Below, in pieces: positions 13,790-25,200 of a stretch of 64,000 bases of DNA (positions are counted from its first letter, which is position 1; each line of letters opens with the position of its first letter). The notes under the pieces were generated by a model that did no database searches, had not been told where the DNA came from, and was given only the letters and a program-made list of their open reading frames with translations. The position numbers and the translations under genes were made by a program. The DNA is from Schmidtea polychroa (lineage: Eukaryota), in assembly GCA_044892525.1 (NCBI GenBank), contig CM097888.1, positions 68,386,001-68,450,000 on the forward strand, given 5' to 3'.

Positions 13790-14578
13790 ATGTTCTCCAT
13801 TTCATTAGTATTATTTATAGCAAGCATGCTACCAACCACTAAATCAGCATTACGGCCGTGCTTCTCGTGCGCGGATAAAAATACGGTGATAAAGGACCTA
13901 CAAACTCAGATTGGACGTTACAAGAGGAAGATAGACGAGCTGGAAGGGACATGGTTTAGTCCCGCTCGGATGAAAGAGATCCAAAAGAAGCTCGATCGTA
14001 GCGAGCATTGCCGGGACGCGCTAATATCTGAGAGCCGTGCCCAAAGAAGTCTAATCAGAGAACAATCCGAGGCACTGCATAAGGTTTACGTGCAGGCGGC
14101 TACAACCCGAAAAATCGTGCAGATTCCCATCCGAGAGGCCGATGACATCTTTCCGCCTCATCACAACCTTTCCTCGAATCCATCTCCACCGTTCAAGAGA
14201 CCGTGCCGAGACTGCGTCGAAACCGAATGGTCCCCCAAGCGTCCAGATGTTGTCATCACGGGTACCAGTAAGCCCCCCACTGCTAGTCCATCTGTATCAG
14301 TCACCCTTCTGCAAGTGGCATCTTCAAGCAAACCCAAGCGCAAACAACTCTCTCGTGCAGAGCGCAAGAAGAGACAGCGCGAGCGCGCTACTGCAAAGCC
14401 AAACATCCCATCAATAGAGGACTCAACCAACGGTGGCAACTCTCACGTGTCCATCGACCTAACAACGGGACCCTCAGCGCGAATCATATCAGCCGCTGGC
14501 GTAAGGTGGGAAGAGAACGCTTCCGAGTTTTTCAACCTCGACGAATTATTCGCCGACACTGAATGGGAGAAACAATAA
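13790..14578 (+). CDS. LTR-encoded 262-aa protein of unknown function (coiled coil, two CxxC, basic NLS-like tract, acidic-aromatic tail)
   Basis: Long ORF in an otherwise AT-rich LTR, identical in both LTRs. Alternative start ATG 13826 follows tttatag; AATAAA overlaps the stop and recurs at 14702. Confidence 0.65.
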   Translation: MFSISLVLFIASMLPTTKSALRPCFSCADKNTVIKDLQTQIGRYKRKIDELEGTWFSPARMKEIQKKLDRSEHCRDALISESRAQRSLIREQSEALHKVYVQAATTRKIVQIPIREADDIFPPHHNLSSNPSPPFKRPCRDCVETEWSPKRPDVVITGTSKPPTASPSVSVTLLQVASSSKPKRKQLSRAERKKRQRERATAKPNIPSIEDSTNGGNSHVSIDLTTGPSARIISAAGVRWEENASEFFNLDELFADTEWEKQ

Positions 14579-15119
14579 AACCCCAGTGGCGGTCAGGATG
14601 AGGAACAAGGATCCGATCTATGTTGATTATGATGTTTTCTCTTCTTTCGACAAACATTAGTAAAATGTACAGCTGAATCCTTGTGTCATAACGTTGAAAT
14701 TAATAAATCTTGTTGTCTTACACGTTTTCGTTCATGAATAATTAGACTTTAATTAAGTGGGTTGAGTAGAGAACCCGCAAGATCTAGTGAGAATTTCCCA
14801 ATTTGCATTCAGCGAATCCTGATAGGTGGTTGTGTAAGGAAATGGACGTAAGCCCTTCTATCGGCAGTCGTGAATGGGAAGTCGAGGCCTCAGCAAGGAG
14901 TAGTTTTAAGGCAGAAGCTCACCTGCTTGCTGGCGTCTCGCCTGCATAGTGCAGTACCAACGTGAAGTGATTCACGGGCACTATGTTGGAAGAAAGTTAT
15001 GTGGGGTTTCACTCCAGGTTGACAAATCGGTGGCACCTTTTATTCGAGATGGACAATCAACCCTTAGACCCGCCAACATGGTAGAATGGTCAGCCGAGGT
15101 GTAACCCCAACATGATTTT

Positions 15120-15137
15120 TGGGGGCTCAGCCGGGAT
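15120..15137 (+). promoter_or_regulatory. Primer-binding site, tRNA-Pro-like
   Basis: TGGGGGCTCAGCCGGGAT matches the known tRNA-Pro PBS TGGGGGCTCGTCCGGGAT at 16/18; it starts 7 nt after the LTR end. Confidence 0.75.
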
Positions 15138-15454
15138 CTACAGTCGATCGAAACTTCTATTAACGAATGCGAAATTCACCGGGATTTTCATACAAAATTA
15201 AAGGGATTTATCACATCGATTTTCTATTTTCAACCGACCATTGCTTGACGAATGCAAAGTGACTATTGATTATTAAATTATATTAGGAACTAAGTAGAGA
15301 AAATCAAAATGTAGATAATAGAAAAATTAAGGATATATATAAATAAATGAGATAAAGTAGTCAAATTAAATAATTAACAATGGTTAAAGAAACCAATTAA
15401 CGAATTAACTATTAATTTACTACATATTATTAAAACATTACTTTTCCAACAGCT

Positions 15455-15940
15455 ATGACAGAATTCGCGAACCAAATGCAACAACTGCTCAAGTTTATCG
15501 ATATAGAAAACGACTCCCTAACAACACTGACGCATAAAAGAGAAAAAATCAACGCGATATTACTGCAAGCAATCGGACAAACACCAGTCGTACCTAATCA
15601 TATGATATTAGCCACAGGCCTAAGTCGCCCAGATGGAAAAATAAACCCCGAAACCGTATATCAGTGGTATCAAGAGAGATTGAACCACCCAACATTAAAT
15701 CTAGATTATCAGCGTCTAAAAGACTCACTAAATACAATACCAGATGCAATCGAACAAAAAATACAGGAAAAAGTTAACCAATTACGAACTTGTATAGCCT
15801 GCAAACTCCGTCCTATTCGCGTATTACTCTTGCCGTGTGGACACCTCAGTCACTGTGAAGAGTGTGTAAAAGACCTAAAAAGATGCACGATGTGCAAATA
15901 TGAAATAAAAGAGACCCATATGGTCTATTACGGCGAATGA
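15455..15940 (+). CDS. IAP-type C-terminal RING-finger protein (putative E3 ligase), no BIR domain seen
   Basis: CIAC-x9-LPCGH-x3-CEEC-x6-CTMC followed by IKETHMVYY at the C-terminus, the IAP/XIAP-like RING-HC pattern. Acceptor-like ttttccaacag ends 2 nt before the ATG. Confidence 0.85.
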   Translation: MTEFANQMQQLLKFIDIENDSLTTLTHKREKINAILLQAIGQTPVVPNHMILATGLSRPDGKINPETVYQWYQERLNHPTLNLDYQRLKDSLNTIPDAIEQKIQEKVNQLRTCIACKLRPIRVLLLPCGHLSHCEECVKDLKRCTMCKYEIKETHMVYYGE

Positions 15941-16517
15941 AACGGCCGGCGATGTAACAGCAAGTATACGAGGTTTGAACAAGAATGCATGAAATTGTTG
16001 AAGTAACACGTACTGTTAATGATTCAATCTTTATGTTTATGATAAATAAATTCGTCTTTAAAAAGTTTTGATGATTAGGACTAATAAAATTTGCATGCCG
16101 AATGAATATTTGCGTGTTTGTTTTGTTTTATTCCTTTTTTTTTTGGAATCAAATGAAGAGAGGGTTGAATAACGTGGAATTAGTCCCAATATAGACTGCA
16201 GGGGTACAAACCGAGCCACCTTCGGGCGGTACGTCTTATTGCAAGAACCCGTTGGGAGGGGATAACTGATCAACCCAAGTAAGAAGCGTAGGGCGGGGTA
16301 CCATCGCATATGATGAGAAGTTTTTGCGACATGACTGATCACCATGCCAAGGTAGAAATGGATCATCGCGATCGTCGTGCGTTTTGAGCAAGGGGGGAAA
16401 GGGGAAACACTCCCAAGCGGTAAAGATTAAGTCGACAAATTAAAAGTAGACAGAGAAAATGGTAAACTAGAGTAAAAGAAGAAAAGAGAAATAGAAGCAT
16501 GCAGAGCGAGGAATATT

Positions 16518-17071
16518 GAAGATTGAGCTGTTGAATAGTGCCAGCCAGTCGTAAGATCGAGTTGTTGAATAGTCCAACCGATCAGAAGGAAGAAGATTGA
16601 GCTGTTGAATAGTGCCAGCCAGTCGTAAGGTCGAGTTGTGAAAAGTCCAACCGATCAGGAAGGAGGAAGATTGAGCTGTTGAATAGTGCCAGCCAGTCGT
16701 AAGGTCGAGTTGTGAAAAGTCCAACCGATCAGGAAGGAGGAAGATTGAGCTGTTGAATAATGCCAGCCAGTCGTAAGGTCGAGTTGTGAAAAATCCAACC
16801 GATCAGAAAGAAGAAGATTGAGCTGTTGAATAGTGCCAGCCAGTCGTAAGGTCGAGTTGTGAAAAGTCCAACCGATCAGGAAGGAGGAAGATTGAGCTGT
16901 TGAATAGTGCCAGCCAGTCGTAAGGTCGAGTTGTTGAATAGTCCAACCGATCAGAAGGAAGAAGATTGAGCTGTTGAATAGTGCTAGCCAGTCGTAAGAT
17001 CGAGTTGTTGAATAGTCTAACCGATCAGAAGGAAGAAGATTGAGCTGTTGAATAGTGCCAGCCAGTCGTAA
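16518..17071 (+). repeat. Tandem array of ~7.5 x 74-bp units in the retroelement leader
   Basis: Units begin gaagattgagctgttgaatagt at 16518, 16592, 16666, 16740, 16813, 16887, 16961 and 17035 (partial). Each unit contains two related sub-repeats sharing G(C/T)TGTTGAATAGT. Confidence 0.95.
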
Positions 17072-18380
17072 AGGCCTAGAAAAGCGAGAGATAGCAGTTA
17101 AGCTACAATGAGATAATATTTAAATTACTAGTGATATGGAATATTAAAGCTAGCTAGAACAAATTGAATGTAATTTTGAAAATTCGAGTTTAGAGAGGAA
17201 ATAAACGAGCTCGTGGAAAAGAAAATAAGATTATAATGAAAAAGGAAAGGGAAGAAGGAAACGAATTAAAGAGATAATAGAAAATAAAGAATAGATGAAA
17301 TGATGATAATGAGTAAAGAGGAAAGTAACTAACTAATTAAAGGGATCCCAGTGAAGTAGAGAAACTCTACGGAATTTTTTTTTTTGGGTAAACCGGGAAA
17401 ATGTATTTTTACCGGTTCCAGAGTAGAACCGAGTGGGATAATAGTAAACACGAAAAGTAAAACAGCGACAACAGCGCAAAGGAATAAGAAAACGAAGGGG
17501 GGTAATAAGCAGAGACTGACAACGACCTATTTTTACTATAATTGATAACGAATAGATAATTATTACGACTTTATAGATAATTGTTACTACCCCATATAGA
17601 TAATTTAAAATCGACGGAAAATACGGGCTGATGGGATATTATAACCCGCAGAAAGGATTTCACAAAAAGATAGGGGAAGCACAAACAGAAACCTAAAAGG
17701 CGTCTGTTTTTGAATGTTGTAGAAAGAATGATGAAGTCGTGTAAGCAAATGCAACACGAGATCATTTTTTCATTTTAGATATCAAGCCAATCCAGCCAAC
17801 CAAGACAATCCAGAACCTGCACAAAAGGAATTCGAAGAAATCGACAATCAACCAAGGATAAATCCATTCAGAACCCGCACCGAGAGACACAGCAACCGGA
17901 AGACTCCAGAACGGAAGAAGTATTAGCAGCCATCTGCCAAGGATTAGTAAATCTCCTCAGGATCTCAGTAGCAGATTCATACAGAATATTTATCGAAGGA
18001 AACACAATCAGAACCGAACGCGTCCAATTCAATAGCCGCTAATTACCAAGAAGCGTAAGAAAGGAATCACGGATAAACCCAATCTTAGATCTTCTAGTAA
18101 GCCAGGAGACGTATTATTTTCAGGAGACGAATTACAACAACTCAAAAGAGGACGATCCATTAAACATCAAAGAGGAATATCACAAGGATCCAGAAGAACC
18201 AATCAAGTACCCATATTTGACCAAGAAAATCTCGGATATACCCCTAGTCGATCTCGAAGTAGAGAAAGTCTGTCCGATATCACTAATAGTTTAGCAACGT
18301 CAACCGAGGAGTTATCAGCCCAAAGTTTAGTCACATCGTTAGACAATTTAAAAGAAACAGACGAACCTAGAACACCAATC

Positions 18381-19286
18381 ATGACGAATGTCGTAAAAAC
18401 CGACGAGTATAAAGAGAAGTTCAGAGGAGAACCGTTCAACGGAAACGCAAACAAGCTAGCATCGTTCATAACTAATTTTGAAGTTTATATCACTGTGTGT
18501 GGATGGACACCCGAAGCAATTAGTAAAAGGATGCCGTTGTTTTTGTGCGATAGTGCATTAGAGGTATATTTAGAAGCTAAAGAGAGAGACACGAAATTAG
18601 AAAAGTGGGAAGATATTAAAACATTCCTGAAGAAAACCTTCGGAGCCAGTAAGCCAATCAACCAGGCGTTGGGCGAACTAGCAAATAGGAAACAAAGAGC
18701 AAACGAATCGATAACATTATATGCCAGTGAATTGCGGAGATTAGCGAAGAAAGCAATGAATGGAAAATTACCCGAAGAAAATCTGATCGGTTATTTCATA
18801 GAGGGATTACGCCGAGAAGAAGTAAGAGCCTCAGTAGGTTGTCAAATGTGCAAAACATTAGAGGAAGCCATAGATTGGGCTACAAGATGCGAGCTCCACC
18901 TTCCAGCTCAAATGAATATTATGCAAGAGGAGGGAAGGATAGCGACAGCAATAGCGAAAGCGGATAACGGAGATAACAACAATCAAGAACCGAAAATGAA
19001 TCAATTTATACCAGGAGCGCACCAAATTTTCAAACCACCACAAGGACGATCAAACGGGAATAATGGTAATCGTAACAACCCGAATAATGAGAACAATTTC
19101 AATAATCGGCGAAATATGAACGATAACAAGCAGTGCCGAACATGCGGTAAACCAGGACACTGGGACAGAGATTGTTATAGAAATTCAAATTGTAATCGTT
19201 GCGGACGGCGTGGACATACCGAAAATGTATGCCAATTGCGAGGCTGTTTTAACTGTGGTCAGCCAGGTCACATCTCCAGAGATTGC
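18381..19286 (+). other. Gag capsid-like domain and three CCHC zinc knuckles
   Basis: Retrotransposon-gag pattern (WEDIKTFLKKTF, RKQRANESITLYASELRRLA, FIEGL); knuckles CRTCGKPGHWDRDC, CNRCGRRGHTENVC and CFNCGQPGHISRDC at 19134-19286. Confidence 0.92.
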
Positions 19287-22200
19287 CGAGAAAGGGGCCA
19301 ACAACAACGACCACCACAGCGAAATAATAATTATATAGCGAATCCGCAACGACAAAGTAACCCTAACGAAGGAAAACAAATGAACGTTATGCAGGAAATT
19401 TCGCAGATGAAACAGATGATGCAACAAATGATGAGACCAAGACAAGAATCAGCACCACAACAAACCCAGAATATACGTATGATGAGGAGTACCGAAAATC
19501 TCAACAATTATGAAGTGCATCAACATGTACAAGAATGGCAAAGGCTACAGGCCGAGGAAGAGAGGATAAAACAAGAACGCAACCAACAACGACAAGAACA
19601 ACCATTGCGAATAAATATGATGAAGTTAGTAAAAGACATGAAGAGCCAGTATTGCTACAATTACGGGAAAAGCCCAAGGGTAGTACCCATGACTGAACCA
19701 GAAAAGGTAAAAGAAATAACAACGGAAATGAAAACAGAGAATTCAACCACGATTTTAAAAGGAAACCAGAGAATTCAGAAAATATTCTGGAAAAAGATAA
19801 AAGATAAAATCGAAAAAGAACATAATAAAGCGAAAGCCGAGACAGAAGATGAAAATAACAAGAGCAAGGAACAAACCAGTCAACTAAACCACCAAATGCT
19901 ACAGGAATTAGAATCAGAAGAAACAACGATATTCGAAAGAAAGAAACTAAAGAGAGTACCAAGGATGAGAAACTTGCAAATCAATATGATGAAAAGGACA
20001 AAAGATGTAGCATCGTCAGACGAGGAAGAAGACTATGTAAGTAGTTTGGGTGGAGAAATACTACAGCTGAATGAAATAAGCGAACCTCCAAAAGGGGAAA
20101 TCAAAGAGGAAGAAGGCGAAAGCGAGATAACCAGCGAAAGTGAAGACGAGGATATCGAAATAAAGTTGAGAAAAGGGAAGGAGGAAGCGATAAAACAAGT
20201 AGCGGAAATACTCCCAGTAGTAGTGAGGAACCAAGAGTTCATTGACGTAATACCATTCAGGCGATTCGTGCAAAAAGTGATGAAATTGGAAAGAAACGAG
20301 AAAGATTTAATACCAAACGAGGAAAAATCAATTATAAAAAATTATATGGAAAAAATGAAGCAGGCCGATACCACGCGGTATGTAATAAAAATCGGAACGA
20401 GTAGAGGACTTGAAAGAATGTGGATAAAAAATACAGTCACCGACGAACTTTTCGATTGGATACGAGAGCATTTGGGAAGTTCGAGAAAGAAAGAATATCT
20501 GTATCAATACCAAGGAGAACAGATCAAACCAGATATGCACTTAGTAGATGCACTAATATGGCCAGGAGAAACGCAAATACTGAAGTTGCATAAAGAAAAA
20601 CAACCAGCCAACCTTTACGATTGGGCTAAAGATGCCAAGGCAGAATATGATTTTAATATCAAATTGAAATTAGAACAAATAAAACAATGTACTCTGAGAC
20701 GAAACCTGGATAAGCTGATCAAACAAATTCAAGAACAAGTAGAAGACAACTGGGATTTACTCATCACCAGACGAGCCCCAGCCATGTACGAACTAATGAG
20801 CCGGTTGCGAGATACAGAAATGCTCCGAATGAGTGATTGGAGAACCATAAATTTGATCCACAAATATGGAAGGTTAAAAGAAACCCAGCCACAGAGGTTG
20901 GAAATAACCATATGGTTACCGAACGAAGAAAAACGACGAATAAAAATGAGCAATCAGAGTACAGTAGATGACTTGGTATCAAAAATAAACCAAGAGATAA
21001 CGGAAAAGGTACGTAGCGAAAGTAGTGATGGTATGGTGGATGATGTAGTCATGATGTACGATAAGATAATATTACGAGCGGAGGACGACACCTCGTTAAG
21101 CGAAATGGGTATGTGGGACAATCACCAGATAATCAGGATAGTACCAATGGATGAATTTCGAACAAGAGATGTAACCTATCAAAAAGAAATACGAGACCGG
21201 ATGAAAACGTTATATCAAAAATCTACGGAAATAATTAAAATCCACCAACAATGGTTAAAAGAAAAAGAACTACAAGGAAAAATCACGAAATTAAGCACCA
21301 GATCCTGCAGACGAACCCCATGGGAAAGAGTGTGGAATGCAGAAAGTAAGGAATGGGAAATCCGGAAAGGAACCTTCGTGGAAACAGACATTGGTGAGAC
21401 AGAAAGTGAATCGGAGGAAGAAGAAGAGGAACCTCCAAAATATGAAGAGGAAGCAAGGGAACAGACATCAGATGACGAAGGCGAGACGGATGTCACATCA
21501 GAAAGCGAAAATGAAGCGAGACATATTCATGCAATGAGGAAAAAGGAACGTGAATATGCTGATATGGACGGCGAGGAAGCGACGGAAGCAAGAGAACGAG
21601 AAGAGAAAGAAAGATATAAACAATTAGGCGATATCTTAGCAATGGGAGCGAAAAATCAAAGACGCCAAGTAGTAGCGTTGGCTAACATCATCTTAAAGAC
21701 ATCAGAGGACATCCACAATCTGAGAGGAATGGCAAAGGCAATAGAGGAATACCGGCAATATAATGAATGGTATCCAGAACAGCTAGAACAAATTATTCGA
21801 AAATGGAGAAATCAGGAATGGGCACAAGACACCCAGGAGAGGTATCACATCCGAATCAAGTATCCAGACAAGAGCATCGAGGAACTAGAGGTGCATCCAA
21901 CAACAAAAATTAGAGAATTAAAAAAGAAATTAGCATATGAAACTCCATTCCATCTGCAACTGTTCGGAAAATCACTAGACGATAATGCAGACGTCGGGAT
22001 AACCCCCATGAGATTGGAAGAGACAAATGTATTAACAATGGCAGAAACGTTGGGAAAACCGTTAAAAAGGAAAAGTAAAATTATTAAACCAACACAAGGC
22101 AGTTTGAGTACTCCAAGTCCGAACAAAGCACCAAGTAAATCTAATGAAACTGAAGAAGTTGAAGAGATAATCCTGGAAGATAGTGACGATGAACCAGGAG

Positions 22201-25200
22201 AAAGATCACCGCTATTAGTGAGATGGCCGACAGGAGCCGAAATGTGGACTAATAACCAGCCATCAACGAGTTATCAACAACCAACGAAACTGAACATCGA
22301 AGAAATCATCGACAATACTACGGAAACCGAAACGGATGAACAATTCCAGAAGCAAAGAGAACCAACGAAAGTAACACCAGAAAGTCAAACCGACAAAATA
22401 ATAGACGAATGGAATGAGTGGCTAAGAAATAACGATAGCTCATTACCCAGAACGGATAACGAAAGAAATCCGAATTACGAAAATACCAGAGAAGCAGGAA
22501 CGATGATGGAAAAACGGGCAAAAGGAAGACCCAAGAAACAAGGAGAAAAGTCTGAGTTCAAAACCAAAGAACAATTAAAGCAAGAACAAGGGCAAGTTCG
22601 ATTAGAAAAATTGGATAAAATAGTATGGGATCTAAAGGAAGCCCAACCAACGATCGAAAGAGGAGAAAAATGGATACGAGAATTGTTAAAAGATATGTTA
22701 ATAATAACAAACCCACAACTTAGACGTTTGTGGCAACGGAAAGTAGCCAGTACGGAAGCTAGACAATTATGGCACACCATTTCGGGGATAATCCCAAAGT
22801 TAATCAAAGAGAAAACGAAAACCACCAAAACGGATTGGGACGAAACAAAGAGAGTGATTGAGCAGCTCACGACAAATGCAAATGATGACGAGCATCACCT
22901 AGTGGTAATCACTTATTTGATGTATAATTTGATGGGACTAGCTGCGAGGAAAATACCAAATAAACAGTTTGCAAATCATGTAGAAATGACCGTTTCAATC
23001 ATAGAGAATACTATTGAACCACACATTATTCGTGCAGGAGGATGGAAAAGACTGATACAAGCGCCACGGAAAAATGAGCAAGAAAGGTCGATGCAAGTTA
23101 GATTGAAAAAACTATTAAATGAACTAGAATGGGAACTACCGATGAAAGATCCCGCAAGCAGAAAAGCATCAATAAATTCGTTAATGATGACTATGATGAT
23201 ATGGATGTTGTGCACAAGTGGAGCAACAGGTTTCACCATCTACGATTGTGATAACATGATAATGAGAGATAAATACTCATTGAGAGACATAGAAGAATGC
23301 AGACAAGCCTCACCCAACAAATTGGACATCGTGAGAACAAAAGTTACTTACCATGTATATCAAGAATCAGATTTCATCAGAACGCAAGCAAGGGAATGCG
23401 TAGTATCAAAAAAGGTACTCGCATATTACTGTGGACAATATTCGTATTCGACTCTTATACTACCCGGTCTGGATAAAGAAATCGTATCAATACAACGAGA
23501 GGATTGTAAAGAGCTATTTAGAACCGGAGCGCTAAAAATGCATAACGGAGTGACAATTCACGGACAAACTGGAATGATTAAAACCGAAAGTGTTTACGTA
23601 TCCGGAAAAGTAAAATCATCAGATGGGTCATGTAACGGAGGTACGTATACGATCCGAGGCGAGGTAATATCGGGAGTTGTAGTGATCGAGTCTTACACGG
23701 TCGAATTAAAAGAATACGAAGCGCAATTTGACGCAAATAATTACCAAATGAAGACCAACCCAACGTGTAGAGCTACAGAAAACGTATGCAGGACAGGAGT
23801 ATCAACTATAATCTATGAAGCTAATACCCAAAAATGCCGACTCCAACTGTTAAAAAGTGCTTTGTTCAATGAAGTAAAAGGAGAAATATATGAGAACGAG
23901 AACGACGAGGATGGAAACGACAGAGTGAGAATGCGAAATGGAAAACCAATGCCACCATCTCCCAGAGAAAAGAGACTTTCAACGCAGAAGACACCAACAG
24001 CATTAATCACAGACGATCCAGATCTAGGTATGAGATTTATCAAAGAGAAAGAAACCACCAAATGTGACAGTATAGTATATAAAACCAATTACGCAGGTAT
24101 CTATATGTCGAGACAAATAATCGATAGAGCAGTGGGAAAGATAGCAACGGAGGACGTAAAACTATACTTATATGCAAATAATAAAATGGATTTTCTATTT
24201 CATCGCGGACAAACGACCTTGCAAAAAGTATATTACGATCTAATACAAAACGATTGTTCATTGAATAAAGAAATATTGAAAACAAAGCTAGCTATTGCGA
24301 TAACGCACCCAGATAACACGATGCCATCACTCCCATTTCCAGATGGACACTTTGGTAGAATGGTAGGAGAAGTGATGTACACATACCAGTGTACCAAGAC
24401 GTATGCACGAATGCCAGAAAAATCCATACTACCCGAAAAGAGATGTGCAAATGAATTAGAAATCCGTTATAAAGGACAAAATCGATTCGTCCAACCAGTC
24501 ACTAGAATTATGAATCCAGTGGGTTTCTACCCAAATCTCTTTAACTGTTCTAATGCATACGGACCTTTATATGAAAGGCCCGATGGGAAATGGATGATGT
24601 TACCGGGAAAAACCATATCCGAGGAGCCCAAGAAATTTGGATTAATAGAACTCGCCACAGAGCTGGATTTCAAACCTATAGACGTGTCAAACGGTGGTAT
24701 GTATTCCCCAGAAGATCTAGAAACAGCACGACTTAACGTACTCTTCCCAGCCAGACGAGAATCCATTTTGTCTAATATGGTAACAATAACTGGGGGCACA
24801 AACTATCAATCAGGCCCGAATTACGAGCTGCTATTATCGCCAGACCATTTTCAACAAGCTACGTCAAACATGATGAAAGCAATGTGGGGAAGATTCTTAG
24901 TTTTTGGAAAAATGATGGCCGGGATATTAGGGATCATACTCATAATTCAGATAGTCAGAGTAATACTAACACAAATGTTAGCTTGTTTCGATATATACAA
25001 GCGGGAAAAGAAAGTTAATTGGAAAATGATAGTAGGCTTCTTACCATTTTTAGCTAAGACCATGGTATTACATGGCCACTCAAAAGACATTCATCGGATA
25101 AAGCGATTGATTAAAATATTAACAAAGATTAAAGGAACCGACGAGGAAGTAGGCAGACGATTCCGGAAAGTAATGTACGATGAAGCAACAAGACGACAAT

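Larger units (their letters stand above)
11271..15112 (+). repeat. 5' LTR (3,842 bp)
   Basis: Begins tgttgggctgag and ends gtaaccccaaca. Colinear with 37302-41143 with no indel (shared ORFs all sit at offset 26,031); one substitution noticed (13450 C vs 39481 T). Confidence 0.97.

Noticed and set aside
16518-17071. CRISPR-like appearance of the regular repeat array
   Set aside because: Units are contiguous near-identical tandem copies with no unique spacers; eukaryotic context and no cas genes.
20690-20880. Possible death-fold (CARD/DED) helical domain between the first two Ubl-like segments
   Set aside because: Only a general helical, Leu/Trp pattern; no diagnostic residues can be confirmed without a profile or structure search.
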